Program-made: the position numbers and the translations under genes | The notes under the pieces: model-generated | What the model was told of the DNA's origin: nothing | Databases searched by the model: none | The model's input: only the letters and a program-made list of their open reading frames with translations | In this document: positions 1 to 9,440 of the stretch, in pieces | How positions within the stretch are numbered: the stretch's first letter is position 1 | Layout: each line of letters begins with the position of its first letter | DNA from: an uncultured Bacilli bacterium | Lineage (GTDB): Bacteria; Bacillota_I; Bacilli_A; RF39; UBA660 | Direction of reading: 5' to 3' | Length of the DNA: 63,731 bases | Assembly (NCBI GenBank): GCA_947628585.1 | Contig: CANRAL010000003.1 | Span: 1-63,731, forward strand

Positions 1-2
1 TG

Positions 3-68
3 GACTTTCCAATTAATATATATGATGTTTATGCTGATTATAACTTTAATCCATCACCTCATATCTAA
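3..68 (+). CDS. 3' end of an upstream CDS (partial, runs off the window)
   Basis: Open frame from the window edge to TAA at 66-68 (..DFPINIYDVYADYNFNPSPHI*). Confidence 0.3.
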   Translation, partial: DFPINIYDVYADYNFNPSPHI

Positions 69-77
69 TACACAGCA

Positions 78-117
78 TTTTTTTTTTTAAGTTTACAAAT
101 ATATATATATATATATA
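78..117. repeat. Simple-sequence tracts T11 (78-88) and (AT)9 (99-116) upstream of ORF 141..1727
   Basis: Read directly from the sequence. They lie 25-60 nt upstream of the ATG at 141. Confidence 0.85.
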
Positions 118-140
118 ATAAAAGGGTAAAGTAGGTTTTT

Positions 141-1727
141 ATGAAAAGAAAAATTGCCTTAATCGTAATTGGAGTTGCTATATTAATTAACATTTCAATG
201 CAAATTACTTTTGCTTATATGAAAAGTGAAATTAAAAATAGTGAAAGAGATACTAGTATAACGGTGAATACGTGTACTAATCTTTCCATAGTTGATAATA
301 ATAGCAATTCTATTAAATTAGAAAATACTTATCCTATGGATGATGAAATGGGGTTAACTACGACTCCTTATGAGTTTGAAGTGGCAAATACTTGTGAAGG
401 ATATGCTAATTTTTCTTTATATTTAACTAGTTTAAATGATAATGAAATAAATGATAATAATATTCGCTTTGCTTTAACTGATAGTAATAATAATATTTTA
501 AAAACTGATTTATTAAATTTTAAAAATGTAGCTAATGGTAGTTCCGATTTTACGGAAGATGAGTTAAACGAATTAGATTTAGGAATAAAAGGAAAACATA
601 AAAATATATATAAAGTTTATAGTGATGAAGTTAGAAGCCAAGGAACAAATGCTTATAAATTATATTTATGGATAGATAAAGATACTAAAAATGATACGAT
701 GAATCAAACATTTAAACTAGGTTTATCTATCAAAAAATTAGTTGTCGATACCCAAGAAGAAACTTTTGCTAATTATTTAATAAATAATAAAGATAATACA
801 TTAATTTATCATGATGGAGAAGCAGATTATCCCGAAGAAGAAAATTATAATTTGGAAGCTTTAGATTATTCTTACCGTTATAGTGGGGCAAGTGAAAACG
901 TAAATAATTATGTTTGCTTTGGAGCTGATGTTTGTGAGGGCGAAAAAGATACTCATTTATATCGGATAATTGGATTATTTAAAAATAAAGAAGGAAAGTA
1001 TGAGGCTAAACTTATAAAAGCATTAGAAGCCACAACGACGGAACTAGGAGAAGTTGGTGCATATGATAATTCATCATATAAATTTGCTTGGAATAATAGT
1101 AATGGGGCTGATAGTTTAAATATATGGAAGGACAGTAATTTAAATCATGATAATTTAAATGGTTATTTTTTAAATGATTATTTAGAAGAAAAATGGCAAA
1201 AAATGATTATTGAACATTCTTGGCAAGTCGCGGGAAATGATAAAAGTCTTGTTAGAGATGATCAAAACGCCTTTGGAACTTATGATAGTGAAGTAGGAAA
1301 TAATAAAATAACTTTAGATAATTTAGGTAAATGTGCTATAGATAGTTCTGGTACTCCTTGTACCTATAATGACATTATTCATAATGCGAAAGTTAGTCTA
1401 ATGTATGTAAGTGATTATTTATATGGTGCCAATCCAAAATATTGGTCTTATAATGGTCGTAATTCCAATTCAGATCATACTAGTGATTATGCAGCAAGTG
1501 GAGCAGATAATTGGTTATTTATAAATTCAACAGAATCTATATTAACTAGATTATATGATAAAGGCCATCTTGATTCAATTCTTGTTGTCAGTAGTGATGG
1601 ATATATTTCTGATCGGAATGTAGATGAATTAGAAAGAATAAGACCAACTTTCTATTTATATTATGACGTTTTATACGATGGTGGTAATGGTAGCATACTA
1701 AATCCATATCGTTTATCTTATAATTAA
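141..1727 (+). CDS. Secreted or membrane-anchored protein of unknown function
   Basis: 528-aa ORF with GGT-rich RBS region. N-terminal hydrophobic signal-anchor (IALIVIGVAILINI). C-terminal segment DNWLF...ISDRNVDELERIRPTFYL resembles the ...YSWTRT...AGIRPVLKL segment of ORF 9441..10907. Confidence 0.6.
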   Translation: MKRKIALIVIGVAILINISMQITFAYMKSEIKNSERDTSITVNTCTNLSIVDNNSNSIKLENTYPMDDEMGLTTTPYEFEVANTCEGYANFSLYLTSLNDNEINDNNIRFALTDSNNNILKTDLLNFKNVANGSSDFTEDELNELDLGIKGKHKNIYKVYSDEVRSQGTNAYKLYLWIDKDTKNDTMNQTFKLGLSIKKLVVDTQEETFANYLINNKDNTLIYHDGEADYPEEENYNLEALDYSYRYSGASENVNNYVCFGADVCEGEKDTHLYRIIGLFKNKEGKYEAKLIKALEATTTELGEVGAYDNSSYKFAWNNSNGADSLNIWKDSNLNHDNLNGYFLNDYLEEKWQKMIIEHSWQVAGNDKSLVRDDQNAFGTYDSEVGNNKITLDNLGKCAIDSSGTPCTYNDIIHNAKVSLMYVSDYLYGANPKYWSYNGRNSNSDHTSDYAASGADNWLFINSTESILTRLYDKGHLDSILVVSSDGYISDRNVDELERIRPTFYLYYDVLYDGGNGSILNPYRLSYN

Positions 1728-1755
1728 TTTATATTCATTTTAAAAATAGAATTAT

Positions 1756-2199
1756 TTATTTAACTTTTACTTTAGCTCCAATTTCCCAACTTCTTTGTCT
1801 TTCTAATCTATTTTGTTGGATTTTATCTTCAATAATTTTATTAATTTCATTTTTATCTTCTTTAGTTAAAACAGTGTTAACTTTACTTTCTTCATACCAT
1901 TTTAAAATGGTAATACTTGCTTCAAGTGGTGGTTTTGTTATAGGCTTGGCAAAATCCCATACTGAAGTTTTTTTATTCGTTCTTTCTTTTAATTCTTCAC
2001 TTTTTATATCGAGTAAAAAAGCTTTAAATATTTCTTTATCTTCTAAATTATTTTCTTTTAAAAATAAACTAAAATGTTCGGCAAATATTTTTAAATTTTC
2101 TTTATCTAATAAACTATGAGTCTTTAAAAATTCACTTTCTTTTTTAAAAAAACTTCTTAATATTTTTCTATCTTCTAAAGAAAATACTTTTAAATTCAT
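1756..2199 (-). CDS. Hypothetical protein (K/E-rich, helical)
   Basis: 147-aa ORF. The overlapping + strand ORF 1874..2119 looks like an antisense shadow. Confidence 0.5.
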   Translation of the reverse strand: MNLKVFSLEDRKILRSFFKKESEFLKTHSLLDKENLKIFAEHFSLFLKENNLEDKEIFKAFLLDIKSEELKERTNKKTSVWDFAKPITKPPLEASITILKWYEESKVNTVLTKEDKNEINKIIEDKIQQNRLERQRSWEIGAKVKVK

Positions 2200-2314
2200 T
2201 ATAATGCCTCCTAGAAATATATTGTTTATTATAGCATACTATCAATTAGTTTCATAATTTTTATTTATTAATTTGTATTCTGTGTTATAATAAATACTAA
2301 TTTAGGAGGTAATT

Positions 2315-3235
2315 ATGAATATAAATATTAAAGAATTAATGGATAAAAATTATGAAGTTTTTTTAAAACTAGTAGAATTAGGAATTATCAATAAAGAAGT
2401 AGCTTTTAATGCTGTTTTAGAAAGTAACAATGCTTATTTTATTTATTGTTTTTCTAAAAATATAAAGAATGTAAATGTTGAAAAATTAAGTGATGCAATT
2501 ATCCAAACCAAGAATGCTAAATATATATATTATTTTGCTAGAGATGTAGAAGGCGCTAATATCGAAAAATTGGAAGACGCAATTTGTCAAATTGGTAATG
2601 CTGAAAATATTTATAATTTTGCTAAATTTGTAAAAAACGCTAATATTGAAAAATTACAAAATGCGATTTGTCATACTAATGATGTGGAATGGATTTATTG
2701 GTTTGCTCAAAATGTTGAAGGTGCTAATATTCGAAAATTAGAAGATGCAATGATAAAAACCGAAAATGCCAAATATATATATTATTATACAAACTTAAGA
2801 GGAGCTAACATTGAAAAATTAGAGGATGCCATTATTCAAACAAAACATGCAATATGGATTTATTATTTTGCTAAAGATGTAGAAGGTGCTAATATTGAAA
2901 AGGCGGAAGATGCAATATGTCAAATTGGTTATGCTCAATATATTTATTGCTTTGCTAGAGATATTAAAGGGGCTAATATTAAAAAATTAGAAGACGCCAT
3001 TATTCAAACATATAATATAGGTTGGATTAGTAAATTTGCTAAAGACATTAAAAGAGCTAATAGTGAAAAAATTAATCAAGCTTTGGAAAAAATTCGAAAA
3101 ATGAAAGATGATTTGGCTAATTTAATAATTTCAATAAAAGAACAAAATTATATTGATATATCAAATAATAGACAAAAATATGAACAATTATTTACTGAGG
3201 ATACTCATCCTATGGAAAGAAAGTTAAAATTGTAA
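2315..3235 (+). CDS. Tandem-repeat protein with 8 x 28-aa repeats (consensus NAKYIYYFARDVEGANIEKLEDAIIQT)
   Basis: AGGAGG RBS precedes the ATG. Repeats are visible in the translation from about residue 37 to 260 (nt ~2423-3094). Confidence 0.7.
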   Translation: MNINIKELMDKNYEVFLKLVELGIINKEVAFNAVLESNNAYFIYCFSKNIKNVNVEKLSDAIIQTKNAKYIYYFARDVEGANIEKLEDAICQIGNAENIYNFAKFVKNANIEKLQNAICHTNDVEWIYWFAQNVEGANIRKLEDAMIKTENAKYIYYYTNLRGANIEKLEDAIIQTKHAIWIYYFAKDVEGANIEKAEDAICQIGYAQYIYCFARDIKGANIKKLEDAIIQTYNIGWISKFAKDIKRANSEKINQALEKIRKMKDDLANLIISIKEQNYIDISNNRQKYEQLFTEDTHPMERKLKL

Positions 3236-3307
3236 GATTATTATTAATGAATTTGTTTATTTTAAAAATAAGATATAATAGTAACTTACGAAGGAGAATA
3301 AATACTT

Positions 3308-4345
3308 ATGCCTAAAATTAATTTTAAAGATTATCTTGATAATTATGACGAAATAAAAACAGAAGAAAAGAACACTAAAAAAGTTAATGATTTAAAATAT
3401 CAAAAAGAAAAAGCGAAAGAAATAAATCAAAAGTATATTGAATTAAAGGAGTACTTAGAAATACTTAAAAATAACCTTAACACTGGCTCTATTTCTAAAA
3501 CTGAAATAGAAAAAAATATTAGGGATAATATTAATAATATTCAGTCTTTAATAAGAGATACCTATGATTTATGTAGAAAAAATAGAATATATTCTAATTA
3601 TGTAGATACATTAAAAGGAACTATAGGAGGTTTTTTGGTTTATTTAGTAGTTTTAATAGGAGCTATAGTATGTGAACAACTTGTTATTGTTCCTGGGACT
3701 AGATTAGTTTTCCAAATAATTACTATTTTAATATGGTTAATAACTGATATACTTTTCTCTGCTTTAACTAAGGAGGATGTTCCTACTATTAGTAGTGGTT
3801 TTAAGGCTTTAATTGGCTTACTTCCTTTTAATAATCGTTATTCTTTTACTAAAAATTTTAGTAAATTAAAGAAATTAGAAAAGGAATACAAAATGTTAGA
3901 AAAACAATATGATGAATATTTAAAATATTTAGATAGTTCCGAAAAATCAAAAGTGGGAGAATCTATTATTAGAGAAAAAGAAGTTAAAGATTTATATTTA
4001 TTAGAAATAACTAAATTAGCGAATAAAGTAAAAGAATTACCTATAGATAATGAAAGAAATAATGAAAGAGAAAAATATTTAATCGCATTAGAAAAACTTG
4101 CTGAACTTTATAAAAAAGAAAAAGAAAGTATTATTTTAAAAAATGGACGTGTTCATAGTGAAGAAGAAATAGAATTGGGAATAAATGTTTTAAAACAACT
4201 TGCTTATATTGAAATGCAAATTAATGATAAGATCTATAAAAATAATAATGTTAATTTATTAAACGAAGATTATTTAACTACTTTAGGTAAATTAGATATT
4301 GCTAAAGATAAAAAGTTAAAAAGAACATTGAGCTTAAGAAAATAA
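3308..4345 (+). CDS. Coiled-coil membrane protein (central hydrophobic helices flanked by K/E-rich helical regions)
   Basis: GAAGGAG RBS. Hydrophobic stretches GGFLVYLVVLIGAIV and FQIITILIWLITDILF. Confidence 0.6.
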   Translation: MPKINFKDYLDNYDEIKTEEKNTKKVNDLKYQKEKAKEINQKYIELKEYLEILKNNLNTGSISKTEIEKNIRDNINNIQSLIRDTYDLCRKNRIYSNYVDTLKGTIGGFLVYLVVLIGAIVCEQLVIVPGTRLVFQIITILIWLITDILFSALTKEDVPTISSGFKALIGLLPFNNRYSFTKNFSKLKKLEKEYKMLEKQYDEYLKYLDSSEKSKVGESIIREKEVKDLYLLEITKLANKVKELPIDNERNNEREKYLIALEKLAELYKKEKESIILKNGRVHSEEEIELGINVLKQLAYIEMQINDKIYKNNNVNLLNEDYLTTLGKLDIAKDKKLKRTLSLRK

Positions 4346-4367
4346 TCTGTTAAAATATAACATCACG

Positions 4368-5402
4368 GTGATTAATATGAGTGGTAGAGCTATACCAAGA
4401 TTAGTTAGTATATCAATTGAAGAAGAAAGAGAATTATTAAGTAATTTAACTTTCTCTAATCGGCAAAAATTAATTGAGGGGTATATCCCTTTAGTTAAAA
4501 TACTTATAGAAAAGTATTATGCTGATAGTGATGAAGAAGAATTACTATCTTTTGGTATGGAAGAATTAATTAAATGTATTGATGATTTTAAAAATAGTGG
4601 ACAGGATAATTTATATTGTTATACTTTTTTGAGAATTAAAAAAAGTATGTTTTCTTTTTTGAAAAAAGAGACTGTAAGAAAAAGTAATGAAGAATTTTTA
4701 AGTAAAGAAACATTAAGTGATCAAAATTTAGAAGAAGATTTTATTGTAAAAAATGAAAATGATATAAGATGGAATAAGATATCAGAATATCTTAAAACAA
4801 TAAGTGAAGAAGATTATAAAATACTATATATGTATTATAATTTAGGATATACGCATGAAAAAATCGGTGAGTTATTAAATTATAAAACTAATACGATATC
4901 TTCTAGAAGATTAAGAATTATAAGTAGAATTAAAGTATATTTATTTAAAAATGGGTTATTTAATGAAGATGATTTGACCATTGATGAAAAGAAGATGGCA
5001 AGAAGATTTAAGAGTCCTACCTACGAAGAAGTAATGCCTTCTTATATGTTAAAAAAAGAACATCCCAGTAATGGCATCTTAGAAAAAGAAAAAAGATTAG
5101 AAGAATTAATTAACAAAGATAATTTAGATGATATTAGTAAATATTTGAGCAGTGATGAGATAAATAAGATTTTTATGCTTTTAAAGTCTGATACTTTAAG
5201 GGGTATATTTGGAAATTTAAATATTGAAGATTTCTTTATTATATGTTTAAGATTTGGATTCATTAATGGGAAAAGCTATACTTCTGAAGAAATTGCTTTA
5301 TTTTTAAATATAGATATAGATAAAGTTACTTCTTTAACAAAAGATGTTTTAATAAACTATAAAAAAGTACTTGCAAGTAATGAACCTTCACGTACATTAT
5401 AG
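4368..5402 (+). CDS. Sigma-70-family-like protein with two region-4-type HTH segments
   Basis: Region-2-like segment: IPLVKILIEKYY...FGMEELIKCIDDF. First region-4-like HTH: YKILYMYYNLGYTHEKIGELLNYKTNTISSRRLRI. Second: FFIICLRFGFINGKSYTSEEIALFLNIDIDKVTSL. Confidence 0.5.
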   Translation: MINMSGRAIPRLVSISIEEERELLSNLTFSNRQKLIEGYIPLVKILIEKYYADSDEEELLSFGMEELIKCIDDFKNSGQDNLYCYTFLRIKKSMFSFLKKETVRKSNEEFLSKETLSDQNLEEDFIVKNENDIRWNKISEYLKTISEEDYKILYMYYNLGYTHEKIGELLNYKTNTISSRRLRIISRIKVYLFKNGLFNEDDLTIDEKKMARRFKSPTYEEVMPSYMLKKEHPSNGILEKEKRLEELINKDNLDDISKYLSSDEINKIFMLLKSDTLRGIFGNLNIEDFFIICLRFGFINGKSYTSEEIALFLNIDIDKVTSLTKDVLINYKKVLASNEPSRTL

Positions 5403-5692
5403 ATTAACTATTTTTTGACATGATAAGGTCTTTTTGTTATAATATTAATCGTATTTTTCAGGGGATTAATTTATGGATAAGGCTATACTTTATAATATAA
5501 CAGTAGAAAAAGTTAATAAAAGAATAACTGATTTAAAGACCATTGGTTTTAATTAGTTATGTAATGGAATCTTAAAATAATATTTATTTAATGTAGATTA
5601 CCTAGAAGATAATCCTGAAGCAAAAAAATGGCAATAAAAAATTGAAAGTGTACTACATTTAATAAAAATTATTACATAAGGAGTTGATATCT

Positions 5693-6088
5693 ATGCTTTA
5701 TATCGACAATAAAAATTATAAAATTACGAATCAAAAAATTTTTGTTGGAAAATATATCAAAAATGGTGAAAGCGGTTATAATATTAATATCCAATTATTA
5801 TTTATTGATTCCGATAGTAAAGAACAAGGTTATATAAACTTAGATTTAGGTTTTGAAAAAGATAATGACATAAATAACTTTTTAAATAAGAAATATGATG
5901 GTGTTCCTTTCGAAGATGATATATTTTTTGAAGTATATGATACAAAAAAGTTTTTAGATACGGAAATAGAGAGTAAAATATTAGTTAAATTAAAAGAAAT
6001 AATAGATGATAAAGTCAAAGTTATTTTTGAATTAAATGATGATTTAATTAAGATAAAATTCGATGGCTTTTTAACATTAACTTATTAA
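5693..6088 (+). CDS. Hypothetical protein
   Basis: AAGGAG lies 8 nt before the ATG at 5693 (track start 5684 is TTG). A hairpin plus T-run follows at 6115-6147. Confidence 0.5.
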   Translation: MLYIDNKNYKITNQKIFVGKYIKNGESGYNINIQLLFIDSDSKEQGYINLDLGFEKDNDINNFLNKKYDGVPFEDDIFFEVYDTKKFLDTEIESKILVKLKEIIDDKVKVIFELNDDLIKIKFDGFLTLTY

Positions 6089-6321
6089 AAATGGATATTT
6101 AAAAAAATAAGCAAATCTATCGTTATAATATCTGATAGATATTTTTTGTATAAAGAAATGTTGGCTTAACTTTTTTTATTTGAATTGGATGGTTAATTGT
6201 AACATATTTTGATGATTTTAAAAATTTTCCACTATCACGTTCCATTTCATTACTTATTGTGGTAAAATAATTCCTGTAAAATGAATTAGCAAACGATATA
6301 GATATATTAAAAAGGTGATTT

Positions 6322-7239
6322 ATGGAAGAATATAAGAAAAAATTATTAAAAGATTTTGTTTGGTTAAGAAATAAAATAAATTTTGATTTTATATATGATA
6401 AAAACGAGTTTACTTATAATGATATAAAAAGGTATTATAAAAAGACAAAATACTTATTATATCGCCTAATGGGCTCTAAAGAAGGATATATGCATATTGA
6501 TATTTCAGATGATGGCATTCATCAAAATGGCAAAAATTATCAAACATATCATGTTAATAAAATAAATGAGATAATAAAACAAAATAATTTTAAAAATGTA
6601 CTTGAATTGGGTTGTGGTCAAGGTGCTAATATGGCATATCTTGCTAAAAGAAATCCAGATATATCATTTACAGGTATAGATTTATATCCATCTTTAGACA
6701 AAAAAAATAGAAAATATAATATCAAATTAATTGAAGGAGATTATCATAATTTAGAAAAAATAGAAAGTAATTCTGTCGATTTTGTCTATGCAATAGAGAC
6801 TTTATGTTATTCTACTAATAAAAATCAAATTTTTAAAGAAGTAAATAGAGTATTAAAAAAAGGGGGATTATTTGTCATTTATGATGCTTATTTAAATAAA
6901 CCTAGAAATCAGTTAACTGAAATTGAAGAATTGGGAGCAACATTAGTAGAAAAAGGTTACTATTTAGATGAATTTGAATTTATTGGTAACATTAACAACT
7001 ATATAAAAAAGAATAATTTTAAAGTTATTAAGGCTGAAAACATGAAAAATAAAATAATTAATCATTTATATGCTTATCAAAATAGAATAAAAAAGTATTT
7101 TAAAATGGGAATTATTTTCAAAGTATTTTGTAAACTGATACCTAAAGAAGTGCTAGGTAATATAGTTCCTGTATATTTTATGGCAAACACAGTTGAAATG
7201 GATTTATCAGTTTATTATTATCATAAATTACAAAAATAA
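6322..7239 (+). CDS. Class I SAM-dependent methyltransferase
   Basis: Motif I VLELGCGQGAN, followed by GIDL and LKKGGLFVIYD motifs. Confidence 0.75.
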   Translation: MEEYKKKLLKDFVWLRNKINFDFIYDKNEFTYNDIKRYYKKTKYLLYRLMGSKEGYMHIDISDDGIHQNGKNYQTYHVNKINEIIKQNNFKNVLELGCGQGANMAYLAKRNPDISFTGIDLYPSLDKKNRKYNIKLIEGDYHNLEKIESNSVDFVYAIETLCYSTNKNQIFKEVNRVLKKGGLFVIYDAYLNKPRNQLTEIEELGATLVEKGYYLDEFEFIGNINNYIKKNNFKVIKAENMKNKIINHLYAYQNRIKKYFKMGIIFKVFCKLIPKEVLGNIVPVYFMANTVEMDLSVYYYHKLQK

Positions 7240-7288
7240 TTATAATTGAAAATATTAAAAAGAAATTGTCAATAAACAAAGTAAGAAG

Positions 7289-8908
7289 GTGATTATAGTG
7301 AATCAAGATTTAAAAATTATCAAAAAGAAATATGGAGAAAAGATGGCTCATTTATGTAGAGAGTTGTTTCCAACTATTTTAGAAACTGATGGTTTGCTTT
7401 TGAATTTGATGCTTAGTCATTTTGAGCCAAACCATGATTTATATGATGATATTATAAGTCAAAAAAAAGAAGATGATTTTAAAGATTTTATTTATAATTT
7501 AATAGATATTGAAAAGAATAATAAAATAAAGGTAATTAAAACTCCGAAAGAACTATTAAGTGAAGCTGGTTATGATTTGTATGAATGTAAAACAGAAGAA
7601 GATATTCAAAATTTTAAAAAATATTATGCTCCTGGAGAAACATTATGTACTTTTAAGGGTGGTAGACTAAGTAGATGTCATGTTTTCTTTGCCATAAAAA
7701 AGAATGTCGATGAAATAAAAAGAGAAGATTATCCTAATTCTCAAAGACAAGATGAGTATGGTACAAGTGTTATAAGTATTCAATTTACCAAAGATGAATC
7801 TCATACATTATCTATCAAAAATCGTTATAATCATCATGTTAATAATCCTGATAGTACATTTGGCAATAGTTTAGATAGCATTATTGATGGCTTAACTGAA
7901 TCTTTTGCCGAATTTTATGGTCTTGAGCAGAAACACCCCAATAGTAAATTGGATTTAAATGGTTACGTTTTGGCTAGTGATGGTAAATTATATAAATATA
8001 GTTTAGAAGTAAATAATGTTTATTATTGTCCTAATAATATAATTATTGATAATTTTGAAGTTAAAAGATTTGATAAAGAGAAATATATAGTATTTGAATA
8101 TTTCATTTTAGATCTTGTAAAAAAAGAAGTAAAAGTATATGATGCCGATATAAAAGATTCTTTTCCTAGTACTTTAGTAAATATTCCAAAAATAGAAGTG
8201 AAAAGAAAAGGGGAAGAAAAAGAAATTAAATTTACTTTTCAAGATGATAAAGAAGTAAAAATGGTTTTAGATAAAGATAATAAATTAATAGAACTAGATA
8301 ATCCCATTGTAAAAAATATTGGCGATAATTTTTTGATTTATAATGAAAATTTAAAAATATTATATTTACCAGCTGCTGAAAAAATAGGCGATGATTTTTT
8401 AAGCTATAATTTATCTTTAGTAAAATTTGACTTATCATCTGTGGAGGAAATTGGCGATAACTTTTTATATTATAATAAAAAAATTTATAAGTTAGCTATG
8501 CCACGTGCACGAATAATAGGTAATTTTTGTTTATATCATAATGAAACTATAAAAGAGTTAGATCTTCCAGAACTTGCGGAAGTTGGCAACGATTTTTTAA
8601 CTAATGCTTATGCTTTAATAGAAGTAAAATTACTAAAGTTACAATTGGTAGGTAATAATTTCTTATATAGAGCGTTTTCTTTAAAAAGATTATATTTACC
8701 ATCCACCAAAAAAGTAGGAAATGACTTTTTAAGAACAAGTGTATCTTTAAAAGAAGTGGATTTATCATCCTTAGAAGAAGTTGGAGACAATTTTATGTTT
8801 AGTTATAGAGTTTTTTTTGATAAAAATTTATCTTCCTTTAAAATTGGCAATGGTAATTTTAATTCTTTACTTAAGGAAAATATTAACCAAGATAAAAATA
8901 CAAGATAA
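7289..8908 (+). CDS. Protein with unknown N-terminal domain and C-terminal BspA-type leucine-rich repeats
   Basis: About 8 repeats of roughly 23 aa (..IGDNFL.YN..L..L.LP....) in residues about 340-510. The start may be GTG at 7298. Confidence 0.7.
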   Translation: MIIVNQDLKIIKKKYGEKMAHLCRELFPTILETDGLLLNLMLSHFEPNHDLYDDIISQKKEDDFKDFIYNLIDIEKNNKIKVIKTPKELLSEAGYDLYECKTEEDIQNFKKYYAPGETLCTFKGGRLSRCHVFFAIKKNVDEIKREDYPNSQRQDEYGTSVISIQFTKDESHTLSIKNRYNHHVNNPDSTFGNSLDSIIDGLTESFAEFYGLEQKHPNSKLDLNGYVLASDGKLYKYSLEVNNVYYCPNNIIIDNFEVKRFDKEKYIVFEYFILDLVKKEVKVYDADIKDSFPSTLVNIPKIEVKRKGEEKEIKFTFQDDKEVKMVLDKDNKLIELDNPIVKNIGDNFLIYNENLKILYLPAAEKIGDDFLSYNLSLVKFDLSSVEEIGDNFLYYNKKIYKLAMPRARIIGNFCLYHNETIKELDLPELAEVGNDFLTNAYALIEVKLLKLQLVGNNFLYRAFSLKRLYLPSTKKVGNDFLRTSVSLKEVDLSSLEEVGDNFMFSYRVFFDKNLSSFKIGNGNFNSLLKENINQDKNTR

Positions 8909-8931
8909 AACAGAAAAGAGGAAAATAAGAA

Positions 8932-9219
8932 ATGCAAAAATTAATGATTATTAAAAAAGATAACTATGATTATACTTTACAAGGCAAAGATAATAAGGAA
9001 TATCATTTTAATATAGAATTTTATAATATTGAAAGAAATCCCAACGTTGGTGATTATCTATTTATGTCCGAAAAAATATTACAAGAAAATAATTCTGTTT
9101 TAAGTTTTGATGGTTTAGAAAGTGAATATGGAAGAAAACTAAAAAATGCCAATGATGATGATATTTTGATTTTAGTAATTAATGAAGAAAAAATATACTT
9201 AAAAAGAGTATATGGTTAA
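8932..9219 (+). CDS. Hypothetical small protein
   Basis: 95-aa ORF with a GAGGAAAA RBS region. Confidence 0.45.
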   Translation: MQKLMIIKKDNYDYTLQGKDNKEYHFNIEFYNIERNPNVGDYLFMSEKILQENNSVLSFDGLESEYGRKLKNANDDDILILVINEEKIYLKRVYG

Positions 9220-9440
9220 TTAATATAACAAAATATAATTTAAAATTATTGTTAAATATATTATAATTATTTTAGATGTTTATACGAATATTTTTAGAAA
9301 AAAGAATTAGCAATAAGTAAAAGAATGGATAGAGAAATTGACAATAATAATTTTCGGAACAAACTATTAGCTTTTGAAGAATTTGCAAACGATGTAACAA
9401 TGAGATAAATTATAAAAATAAATATATAGAGGGTGAAAAT

